Assembly: GCA_001750925.1 (NCBI GenBank)
Contig: MAXH01000042.1
Span: 1-32,000, forward strand
DNA length: 32,000 nt
Reading direction: 5' to 3'
Source of the DNA: Desulfobulbaceae bacterium S3730MH12
GTDB lineage: Bacteria; Desulfobacterota; Desulfobulbia; Desulfobulbales; Desulfocapsaceae
Shown piece after piece: positions 15,751 through 23,871 of this stretch. Under the pieces are notes generated by a model that searched no databases, was not told the DNA's origin, and was given only the letters and a program-made list of their open reading frames with translations. The translations under genes were made by a program, and so were the position numbers. Within the stretch, counting starts at the first letter, position 1; each line of letters opens with the position of its first letter.

Positions 15751-16998
15751 ATGAAACGACGCGTTGTTATCACCGCCTGCTCTGCCATTACTCCTATCGG
15801 GTATGACAAAAGGGATATAATAGAAAGCCTCAGGCAGGGCAAATCCGGGGTAAAACCACTACGGGATGACGGATTGCTGACAAAACATATCCACTCCCGT
15901 GTATTCGGCACTGTCGACTACCCCATCGAGTACGGCTTCAAACGGCAGTACCGAAAGACCATGGGGCCCGTTGCCTTTTACGCCTGTCAGGTTGCAAAAG
16001 ATGTTTTGCAAAGCTCTGGCCTGAGTCGGGACTATATCACCTCCGGCCGTCTTGGTGTTGCCTTTGGCTCAACCCACGGCAGCCCTACCGTCCAGCGCGA
16101 TATCTACAAAACATTTTTCAACGATCTTGATTCAAAATTTTCCTCTATCGGAGCAGTTGATTATCTCCGCTCCATGGTTCATACGACAGCGGTAAACATC
16201 ACCCGAATGTTCGGCATCACCGGGCGGGTCATCGCTTCATCCACCGCCTGTACAACCAGCAGCCAGTCCATCGGGTTTGGTTATGAAACGATCAAGTATG
16301 GCATGCAGGATGCTATGATCTGTGGTGGGGCGGATGAGTATGATACTACCACTGTTGCAGTTTTTGATAACCTGCTTGCCTGTTCTGTAGATTATAATCA
16401 TAAACCGCACTGTACTCCCCGTCCATTTGATGCCGGACGAGACGGGTTGGTTGTAGGAGAGGGAGGCGGCGCTGTACTTCTCGAAGAGTATGAGTCCGCC
16501 AAAAGACGTGGCGCCAACATCCTTGGAGAAATCATTGGTTTTGGTTGCAATAACAACGGCGGCGACATGATCCTGCCGAATCTTGATGGAATTACCGCAA
16601 CCTTGCGTCTGGCACTCGAATCTGCCGAGATATCTCCCGACGACGTCGATTTTATCAGCGCCCATGCCACTGCGACAAAGATGGGTGATGTCATTGAATC
16701 TCAGGCCATAGCAGCGGTATATGGAAACGGACCACTGGTTACCGGCCTGAAAAGTTATATGGGCCATACCATGGGGACCTGTGGCGTCATTGAGTTAATT
16801 TTAACGTTGTATATGATGGAGCAGGGATTTATTGCCCCAACCCTCAATCTTGACAATGTTGATGAACGGTGCAGCATGCTGCGTCATACCCGTCAACTGA
16901 CTGATACCGCCATCAGGATAGCAGCCATTCAAAACTTTGCTTTTGGCGGAGTAAATACCTGCCTGCTTATTAAAAATGGTAGTGAAGCAGATTCGTAA
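15751..16998 (+). CDS. beta-ketoacyl-ACP synthase (FabB/FabF-like KS)
   Basis: Catalytic triad motifs STACTTSS (Cys), SAHATATKMGD (His) and GHTMGTCG (His), plus FAFGGVNTCLLI at the C-terminus. 415 aa. Confidence 0.9.
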   Translation: MKRRVVITACSAITPIGYDKRDIIESLRQGKSGVKPLRDDGLLTKHIHSRVFGTVDYPIEYGFKRQYRKTMGPVAFYACQVAKDVLQSSGLSRDYITSGRLGVAFGSTHGSPTVQRDIYKTFFNDLDSKFSSIGAVDYLRSMVHTTAVNITRMFGITGRVIASSTACTTSSQSIGFGYETIKYGMQDAMICGGADEYDTTTVAVFDNLLACSVDYNHKPHCTPRPFDAGRDGLVVGEGGGAVLLEEYESAKRRGANILGEIIGFGCNNNGGDMILPNLDGITATLRLALESAEISPDDVDFISAHATATKMGDVIESQAIAAVYGNGPLVTGLKSYMGHTMGTCGVIELILTLYMMEQGFIAPTLNLDNVDERCSMLRHTRQLTDTAIRIAAIQNFAFGGVNTCLLIKNGSEADS

Positions 16999-17764
16999 CG
17001 GTTCTTTTGGTCATCTGATTGATCGACTTATTGATTGCACTGTAACCATTGCATGCTGGAGCTGGTTTATATTTGGATTTCTGCTGTTTTTTTCCTGGCC
17101 CTATATTGCATTTTCGCTGTTTTCAAAAAATCCTGAAATTCATTTCCAGAAATTGAACAGCCTCTTTTACCGATTCTTTTTCCGTATCCTTAAGATAACA
17201 GCCCCCCGTCAAAAAATTGAAGTAGACAAACGGGTAGCAGCAATCAAATCTTCAGTTATTGTCTGTAACCACCTCTCCTATCTTGACCCGCTGCTATTGA
17301 TTGCTCTCTTCCCAAAACAAAAAACAATCGTCAAAACACGTTTTTTCGGGGCACCTGTTTTCGGCTGGATTATCACAAAATCCGGTTATCTCCCTGCGAC
17401 CTGCGAAGGACGGTTTTCCAGGATGATGATTGAGCAGATGGAAACGATGGCTACCTATTTGAAGGCAGGCGGTAATCTCTTTGTCTTCCCTGAAGGAACT
17501 CGGGTTCGGAATGGAAAAATAGGCGAACTTCATATGGGCGCCTTGAAAATTGCACGAATGCATCAAGCCCCTGTCCATGTTCTGCAGATTCGTAATAGCG
17601 ACAAACTCTTCACTCCCGGCAGGTTTCTTTTTAATACCAGGATAAGAAATACAATCAGCGTTAAAAGTATTGATTGCATCGAACCGGACTATGAGAATGA
17701 ACCACCATCTACTGCTCAACTTGCCCGGCGGGTTCGTCAATCATTTTACGAGAAGCAGATATGA
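16976..17764 (+). CDS. 1-acyl-sn-glycerol-3-phosphate acyltransferase family protein (PlsC-like)
   Basis: N-terminal TM segment. VCNHLSYLDP is the HX4D box and VFPEGTR is the second acyltransferase box. Overlaps the KS gene by 23 nt. Confidence 0.85.
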   Translation: MVVKQIRNGSFGHLIDRLIDCTVTIACWSWFIFGFLLFFSWPYIAFSLFSKNPEIHFQKLNSLFYRFFFRILKITAPRQKIEVDKRVAAIKSSVIVCNHLSYLDPLLLIALFPKQKTIVKTRFFGAPVFGWIITKSGYLPATCEGRFSRMMIEQMETMATYLKAGGNLFVFPEGTRVRNGKIGELHMGALKIARMHQAPVHVLQIRNSDKLFTPGRFLFNTRIRNTISVKSIDCIEPDYENEPPSTAQLARRVRQSFYEKQI

Positions 17765-19251
17765 AAGTAATTCTAATATCTATGCCTGATGTGGTACCTG
17801 TCATCATTCACGAAGCGGCATTCCACCTGTCAAACCATGGAATAGCCAGTGTTGGAGCAAATATCGACATTGAACATGATGTTTTTCTGATTGATCTGAT
17901 TCGAAAGCGTCGGTCAATTAGAAAATATATTGCCAGAGCAGTGAGGAAGATCAAACCTGATCTTATTGGTCTTTCCGCCATGACCTGGCAGTATAACACC
18001 TGTATTAAGATAACCCGCCTCATCAGGGAACTCCTTCCCGAAGTAAAAATAGTTATCGGGGGATACCACACCACCCTGATGTTTGAGGAGATAGCGACAT
18101 CCCATGAGGCAAAATTCATCGACTTTATGATCAGGGGCGAAGGTGAAGAGCCATGCCGCCTGCTGGTTAATGCACTTGCCGGCCAGGGAAACCCGGCTGC
18201 AATCCCCTCGCTGTCGTATAAAAAAAATGGCGTTTTTATACACAATCCCCGGAGTGAAAACCTCGATCTCAGCGAATTGAAACTGCCAATCCGGGATAAG
18301 CGAAGATTGACCTGGGGATACCATATGCTTCACTCCAAAATCGAACTGATAGAAACATCCCGCGGCTGCACGCGATCCTGCAACTTCTGTTCGATGAAAC
18401 ACATGTATGGCCGTACCTTCAGGACGTTTCCTCTCATCCGGGTGCTAACAGATATTGACGATATTTATTTTAAGCGAAAGACACGGTATATTTTTATCAC
18501 AGATGATAATATGGTGCTTAACCCAGCCAGGGTCATAGAACTGTGTGATGCCATAATTGCCAGGAATTATAAAGATCTTCATCTTTTTGTCCAGGCTGAC
18601 TGCGTATCGATGGCAAAAAACGAGGCGATGGTCGCAAAAATGGCAGAAGCCGGTTTTCGTTCCGTTTTCCTCGGTATTGAAAACGTATCAAAAAAGAACC
18701 TGGCCGCTGCAGGTAAAGGCGATATTATTGCATCTTCCAAACAAGCTGTTCAAAACTGTCATAAGTACGGAATGATGGTCATCGGTGGCCTTATATTCGG
18801 CTTCCCCGAGGATGACGAAGAATCGATCAGAGATAATTATGAATTCTTCAAATCTATTAAAGCCGACGCAGCGTACTGCCAGGTGTTGACCCCCTATCCC
18901 AAAACCGGGATACGAGAACATCTTCTACAGCAGGAATTAATTACCAACCGGACTGATTTTACAAAATACAACGGTCTGTGGGCCAATGTACGAACAAATT
19001 ATTTAGCTACAGAACAGCTGCAATTCCAATTCTGGTACCAGCGTCAAGTTGTGCTGGGCTGGTGGAATCCACCCGCCGAGGTCAGAAGTCAAGGATGGGC
19101 ATGGATATTCGTCTGGCGGTTTATGTTCAAACCTTTTTTGACACTCTACTATAGAAGGGTTATGAAGAAGTACGGCTGGGAAGGACGCTACAGGAAAGAA
19201 GTAACACGGTGGGAAAACATGAACAGGTTTCAGGATCTTGAGGATTACTAA
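17761..19251 (+). CDS. B12-binding-domain radical SAM enzyme (class B rSAM)
   Basis: N-terminal MKVILISMP...LIGLSAMTWQ...VKIVIGGYHTT resembles a cobalamin-binding domain. Followed by TSRGCTRSCNFCSM (CX3CX2C). 496 aa. ATGA overlap with the upstream gene. Confidence 0.85.
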   Translation: MKVILISMPDVVPVIIHEAAFHLSNHGIASVGANIDIEHDVFLIDLIRKRRSIRKYIARAVRKIKPDLIGLSAMTWQYNTCIKITRLIRELLPEVKIVIGGYHTTLMFEEIATSHEAKFIDFMIRGEGEEPCRLLVNALAGQGNPAAIPSLSYKKNGVFIHNPRSENLDLSELKLPIRDKRRLTWGYHMLHSKIELIETSRGCTRSCNFCSMKHMYGRTFRTFPLIRVLTDIDDIYFKRKTRYIFITDDNMVLNPARVIELCDAIIARNYKDLHLFVQADCVSMAKNEAMVAKMAEAGFRSVFLGIENVSKKNLAAAGKGDIIASSKQAVQNCHKYGMMVIGGLIFGFPEDDEESIRDNYEFFKSIKADAAYCQVLTPYPKTGIREHLLQQELITNRTDFTKYNGLWANVRTNYLATEQLQFQFWYQRQVVLGWWNPPAEVRSQGWAWIFVWRFMFKPFLTLYYRRVMKKYGWEGRYRKEVTRWENMNRFQDLEDY

Positions 19252-19256
19252 TTTCA

Positions 19257-20294
19257 ATGCAGATATATAATTTTGAATTTACCGAACAAGAGATCCGTGA
19301 GGCAGTGGCTACCGACAGACTTCTATCCATGGAGATTGAGTTCAGCCGGGTTTGCAACTTCCGCTGCTCTTACTGCTATGTTGACGAGAAGGTTGAATGC
19401 AATAATGAGCTTTCCAGAGAAGAGATCAGGAATGTCATCCGGCAGGCAAAAGAGCTGGGAGCACGAAAAATAATCATTCTTGGGGGAGAACCATCTATTT
19501 ATCCGCATCTCGTTGAGATGCTGCGCTTTCTTGGTAAAGAGAACCTTCAGATCGAAATGTTTACCAATGGTTCCGGCATTGACAAAGAGTTGGCTGGAGT
19601 GCTGGCCGAAGAAAAGGTCCGGATTGCCTTGAAACAAAATTCCCGGGATGAGAAAATCCAGGATCATCTGGCCGGGAAAAAAGGAGCATTTCGGATGATC
19701 AACAGGGCGCTGGCTGCATTAAAAGAGGCAGGATACCCCTCTAAAGAGCTGTTTCTGGCAATCAGCACTGTCATCTGCCGACAAAACATTAAAGAATTAC
19801 CGTCAATGTGGCAGTGGTTGCGAGCTGAAAATATTGAACCTTATTTTGAAGTCATTACTCCCCAGGCTAATGGTCGTGAAAATAGTTGGCTTGGCGTCGA
19901 CCCGGAAGAATTGAAGGAGTTATTTACCGAGCTTTCGGCCATTGACAAAAAAATGTTTGGTCGGAAATGGGAACCACAGCCACCACTGGTAGGCAACAAA
20001 TGCATGCGGCACCAGGTCTCCTGTGTGGTTACAGCAACCGGTGATGTCATGCCCTGTGTAGGAGTTACCATTGCTCTGGATAATATTCGCCACAACAAAC
20101 TCGCCTCTATCCTGAAAAACAGTGAGGTGATCAGCAATCTGAAGAATTACCGGCAGATGATCAAGGGAGAGTGCCGCAGTTGCGAAAAAGCATCCGAATG
20201 TTATGGCTGTCGGGGAGCAGCATATCAACTCACCGGTGATTATCTCGCCTCAGATCCCACCTGCTGGCGCAATTCTGCCTGTAAAAATCTATGA
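19257..20294 (+). CDS. radical SAM enzyme with C-terminal SPASM/twitch-like Cys-rich domain
   Basis: EFSRVCNFRCSYCYV (CX3CX2C). C-terminal auxiliary-cluster pattern NKCMRHQVSCVVTATGDVMPC ... CRSCEKASECYGCRGAAY ... DPTCW. Last gene of the cluster. Confidence 0.85.
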   Translation: MQIYNFEFTEQEIREAVATDRLLSMEIEFSRVCNFRCSYCYVDEKVECNNELSREEIRNVIRQAKELGARKIIILGGEPSIYPHLVEMLRFLGKENLQIEMFTNGSGIDKELAGVLAEEKVRIALKQNSRDEKIQDHLAGKKGAFRMINRALAALKEAGYPSKELFLAISTVICRQNIKELPSMWQWLRAENIEPYFEVITPQANGRENSWLGVDPEELKELFTELSAIDKKMFGRKWEPQPPLVGNKCMRHQVSCVVTATGDVMPCVGVTIALDNIRHNKLASILKNSEVISNLKNYRQMIKGECRSCEKASECYGCRGAAYQLTGDYLASDPTCWRNSACKNL

Positions 20295-20352
20295 AGATGT
20301 TGTGTTAATCTCCCAGGAGACTGTCCGGGAATGGTTGTCCCCTGACCAACTT

Positions 20353-22851
20353 CTACTCCACCGGGATTCCCCAGATCTCTTCAGAATACTGTTTAATGGT
20401 ACGATCGGTGGAGAATTTTCCCATCCGTGAGACATTGAGTATCGCCATTCTGGTCCAGCTGTCCTGGTCGAGGAACATCTCGCTCACCCGGTTCTGGCAT
20501 GTAATATACGATTCAAAATCAACCATATGAAGATATGGATCATGTTTATCCATTAAGCTGTCCACAAGGGGTTGGAAAAGTGATTTATCTCCATCACTGA
20601 AAGATCCGTTGCTGAGTGCTTCAATTACATCTTTGATCTTGTCATTTTGCTCACATACCTGAAGAGGTGTCCTGCTGACATTTTTCCTTTCAAATTCCGC
20701 TTCATCTGCGGTCAAACCAAAAATAAAGATGTTCCCCTCCCCTACCTCCTCACGGATCTCGATATTTGCACCATCAAGGGTGCCGATGGTCAATGCCCCG
20801 TTAAGTGAAAACTTCATATTTCCCGTACCTGAAGCTTCCGTACCGGCAGTGGATATCTGTTCCGACAGATCTGCTGCAGGCATAATAATCTCCGCCTGGG
20901 ATACATTATAATTAGGTAGAAAAACCACCTTCAGTTTCTCTTTCACTCTGGGATCATTATTGACAACCTCAGAAATTGAGGTGATAAGCTTGATTATCAA
21001 TTTTGCCCGCCAATAGGAAGGTGCCGCCTTGCCGGCAAATACTGCAACCCTTGGAGATGTATTTTCCGCCTCACCCCGTATTATCCGGTGGTAGAAATGA
21101 ATAAGATGAAGTGCATTGAGCAGCTGGCGTTTATATTCGTGTATCCGCTTCACCTGAATATCGAACATCGACCCAGGGTTAACTGTCACCCCGACTGTCT
21201 TTTGGATGTAGGCAGCCAGTGCGACCTTATTATCAAATTTTATCTGACACCATTTCTTACAAAATTTGGGGTCATCCACCAGGGATTCAAGACCACGCAA
21301 TTGATCAAGATCAGTAATCCATCCAAATCCGAGATGGTTGCTGATCAGGTCAGCCAGTTCAGGATTCACATCGAGCAGCCAGCGCCTGGGGGTAATACCA
21401 TTTGTTTTTGAATTGAATCTCCCCGGGAAAAAATTATGGAAATCAGGAAAAATTCTCTCTTTGAGGAGCTGTGAATGCAGTTCCGCCACACCATTGACAG
21501 AGTGGCTGCCGATAATCGCCAGGTGAGCCATCCTCACCATCTTGACCGGCCCCTCTTCAATAATGGAAAGCTCCCGTATTTTTCTTTCATTGCCGGGATA
21601 TTTCTCGGTAAGTTCGACGAGAAAGCGACGATTGATCTCATAGATGATCTGCAGATGACGGGGCAGCACCTTTCCCATCATATCCACCCGCCATCGTTCC
21701 AGAGCCTCAGGCATAAGGGTATGATTGGTATAGCCAAAAGTATTCACACATATATTCCACGACTCCTCCCAGCCAAGCCCTTCAATGTCAAGGAGGAGCC
21801 GCATGAGTTCCGGGATGGCAATGGCAGGGTGGGTGTCATTGAGTTGTACAGCCACCATGTCAGTAAATTTATCGAAAGTCTCATGCTTCTTTTTGTACCG
21901 CCTCATAATATCCTGGAATGTTGCGGCAACAAAAAAGTACTGCTGTTTCAATCGCAATTCCTGCCCGGCATAGTTATGATCCGGAGGATAAAGCACCTTG
22001 GAGATTGTCTCCGAACTCACTTTAGATTGAACCGCACCTATATAATCCCCCCTGCTGAAATCCTTCAAATCAAGTTCTCTTGATGATTGAGCCGACCAGA
22101 GGCGCATATTTATCACATGATCATTTCTGTATCCCGGTACCAGGATATCAGAGGCCCGCGCTTTCACATCCCTGGTATTCACCCATTTGGCCCTGTAATT
22201 TCCATCACCATTCTGGTAACTTGTCACGTCACCAAAGAATTGTACATTGAAGATCGGCTGCGAACGATCAAATTCCCATGGAGTACCGTCAACCAGCCAG
22301 TTGTCAGGCCCTTCGACCTGATACCCGTCAATCAGCTGCTGAAAAAAGAGACCATACTCATAGCGTATGCCATACCCGTAGGCAGGGATTTTGAGAGTTG
22401 CAATAGAATCCATAAAACAGGCAGCCAGACGTCCAAGACCTCCGTTGCCAAGGGCTGCGTCCTCCTCCTGATCCCGTATCTCCGACATATCAAATCCAAG
22501 ATCCTCAACAGCTTGTTTTGCGGCTCTCAGGATACCAAGATTGGTCATACTGTTGCCAAGACTTCGCCCAATTAAAAATTCAAGAGAAAGATAGTAGACC
22601 CTCTTTTGTTCCTTTGCATAAAACGTTTTCTGGGTCGAGATCCATTTTTCCACCATAATATCCCGCATGGTATAGGCGAGCGCCTTATACACATCTCTCG
22701 CACCGGATCGCTCCGGGTCGCGGCCCTGAAAGCTCATCAGATGATGAATAATATTTTCCCGCAATGCCTTTACAGTTGTGGGAAAATGGACTTCGGAGGA
22801 GAATTTCTTCTTCTGCCCGGTCTGCGACTTAACTGTTTCCATAACCTTCAT
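20353..22851 (-). CDS. glgP: glycogen/maltodextrin phosphorylase
   Basis: About 830 aa with the PLP-lysine signature EASGTGNMKFSLNGALTIGTLDGANIEI and typical GT35 length. I chose the ATG at 22851 (MKVMETVKS...), preceded by GGAGGG at 22866..22861 with a 9-nt spacer. The track start at 22917 has no RBS. Confidence 0.93.
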   Translation of the reverse strand: MKVMETVKSQTGQKKKFSSEVHFPTTVKALRENIIHHLMSFQGRDPERSGARDVYKALAYTMRDIMVEKWISTQKTFYAKEQKRVYYLSLEFLIGRSLGNSMTNLGILRAAKQAVEDLGFDMSEIRDQEEDAALGNGGLGRLAACFMDSIATLKIPAYGYGIRYEYGLFFQQLIDGYQVEGPDNWLVDGTPWEFDRSQPIFNVQFFGDVTSYQNGDGNYRAKWVNTRDVKARASDILVPGYRNDHVINMRLWSAQSSRELDLKDFSRGDYIGAVQSKVSSETISKVLYPPDHNYAGQELRLKQQYFFVAATFQDIMRRYKKKHETFDKFTDMVAVQLNDTHPAIAIPELMRLLLDIEGLGWEESWNICVNTFGYTNHTLMPEALERWRVDMMGKVLPRHLQIIYEINRRFLVELTEKYPGNERKIRELSIIEEGPVKMVRMAHLAIIGSHSVNGVAELHSQLLKERIFPDFHNFFPGRFNSKTNGITPRRWLLDVNPELADLISNHLGFGWITDLDQLRGLESLVDDPKFCKKWCQIKFDNKVALAAYIQKTVGVTVNPGSMFDIQVKRIHEYKRQLLNALHLIHFYHRIIRGEAENTSPRVAVFAGKAAPSYWRAKLIIKLITSISEVVNNDPRVKEKLKVVFLPNYNVSQAEIIMPAADLSEQISTAGTEASGTGNMKFSLNGALTIGTLDGANIEIREEVGEGNIFIFGLTADEAEFERKNVSRTPLQVCEQNDKIKDVIEALSNGSFSDGDKSLFQPLVDSLMDKHDPYLHMVDFESYITCQNRVSEMFLDQDSWTRMAILNVSRMGKFSTDRTIKQYSEEIWGIPVE

Positions 22852-23127
22852 ATAGTAACCCCCTCCAGGGGAACAAATTTTATTGCTGCTTTTTTTCGGA
22901 TAAGAACTGCACGCCATCTCTGGACAAATTGTACCGGCAGATATATCTATTTTAGAACCGGCTGTTGATGACGGTGTAAAAACTCTTCATCCGGAGTCTC
23001 GCAAGCTCGCTTACCTGCTTCATTGCTGCAATATAACAACGAAGCAGATATTGGCTACTGTCTCTTTCAGTAAAGAGACATAATAGCTCCACAGGCATCC
23101 GGTTTTTGGGTAAATTTATGATTTTCA

Positions 23128-23156
23128 TTGAAGCCAACACCACATTGTAGTATATC
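23128..23156 (+). promoter_or_regulatory. candidate sigma70-type promoter upstream of the TPR gene (and possibly metY)
   Basis: TTGAAG (23128..23133), a 17-nt spacer, then TATATC (23151..23156). By-eye match only. Confidence 0.25.
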
Positions 23157-23228
23157 GGCTTCAGGCACTAGTTCACTCTTTTTAAAAAATCGTTCTATCG
23201 TCCCCAGCATTAAAATCAGAGGAGATCC

Positions 23229-23834
23229 ATGGCTGCAGATAAATCAAAACAGAAAAACCGCAATCCTTTAGTAATCTATTTCATGATTTTCATCCTTGGC
23301 TTTTTAACAGGGGTTGGATTTACGGTATTTAAAACAGGTGGAACCGGTTCGGATACTGCCGTAGTCAGCAGTCAACAAACCGATAATCACAATGAAGAAA
23401 CCCATCAAGCCATCCTCAACCTCGAAGCTGAAGTTACCGCCGACCCTGATAATTTCCAGGCATGGAGACAGCTGGGAAACCTCTACTATGATCATAATGA
23501 CCCGGAAAAAGCGATCGGTGCCTATACAAAGTCACTGGAATTACATTCAGGTGATGCCAATCTACTTACTGATCTGGGTGTAATGTACCGCCGAACAAAA
23601 CAGTCTGAAAAGGCTATAGAATTTTTTGACAAAGCGATACAAATGGCCCCGAATCATGAACCGGCCAGATTTAATAAAGCGATTGTTTATATGTATGATC
23701 TTAACAACCCCGGCGAGGCAATTGCAAGCTTGGAGGAGCTTCTCCGGATCAATCCACAGGCCCGGGCCGCCAATGGCGAACTCATTAGTGACTTCGTTAA
23801 AAGTATTAAATCGGAGACCGCAGACAAAAAGTAA
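23229..23834 (+). CDS. membrane-anchored TPR-repeat protein
   Basis: GGAG RBS. One N-terminal TM helix (LVIYFMIFILGFLTGVGFTVF). Then canonical TPR units (WRQLGNLYYDHNDPEKAIGAYTKSLELHSGDANLLTDLGVMYRRTKQSEKAIEFFDKAIQMAPNH). Confidence 0.8.
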   Translation: MAADKSKQKNRNPLVIYFMIFILGFLTGVGFTVFKTGGTGSDTAVVSSQQTDNHNEETHQAILNLEAEVTADPDNFQAWRQLGNLYYDHNDPEKAIGAYTKSLELHSGDANLLTDLGVMYRRTKQSEKAIEFFDKAIQMAPNHEPARFNKAIVYMYDLNNPGEAIASLEELLRINPQARAANGELISDFVKSIKSETADKK

Positions 23835-23871
23835 AATAATTCTACTCTGGATCCAGGAAAGGAAATACTCT

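Noticed and set aside
16237-18402. Minus-strand ORFs 16237..16767, 17294..17740, 17808..18245 and 17914..18402
   Set aside because: They are antisense to the KS, PlsC-like and B12-rSAM genes, all of which have clear catalytic motifs. No independent support.
20295-20352. Bidirectional intrinsic terminator between the convergent SPASM-rSAM and glgP genes
   Set aside because: Only 4-5 bp stems are available (TCTCC/GGAGA with a 2-nt loop; GGGA/TCCC), and there is no U-tract on either strand. Not convincing.
21475-22575. Plus-strand ORFs 21475..22083 and 22087..22575
   Set aside because: Both lie inside and antisense to glgP, whose identity is unambiguous from the PLP-Lys signature.
22952-23143. 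63-aa minus-strand ORF upstream of glgP as a real small protein
   Set aside because: It has a GTG start with no RBS (the internal ATG at 23128 has only a weak GGTG upstream). No recognisable motif, and it overlaps the hairpin region. Evidence is insufficient to call a CDS.
23848-23857. 10-bp perfect palindrome CTGGATCCAG between the TPR gene and metY as a regulatory hairpin or terminator
   Set aside because: A loop-less palindrome cannot form a useful RNA hairpin, and no T-run follows. It is probably just a BamHI-type palindrome by chance.
23626-23871. N-terminal 82-codon extension of the metY ORF in the track
   Set aside because: It overlaps the 3' end of the TPR gene and looks like non-protein sequence. 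MKFETKALHAGQ at 23872 is the typical MetY N-terminus and has a good RBS.
22852-23871. SAM riboswitch or T-box leader upstream of the met/cys genes
   Set aside because: I could not find the conserved SAM-I core strings or a T-box specifier/antiterminator pattern. The leaders directly upstream of metY, metX, cysE and cysK are too short (12-40 nt).
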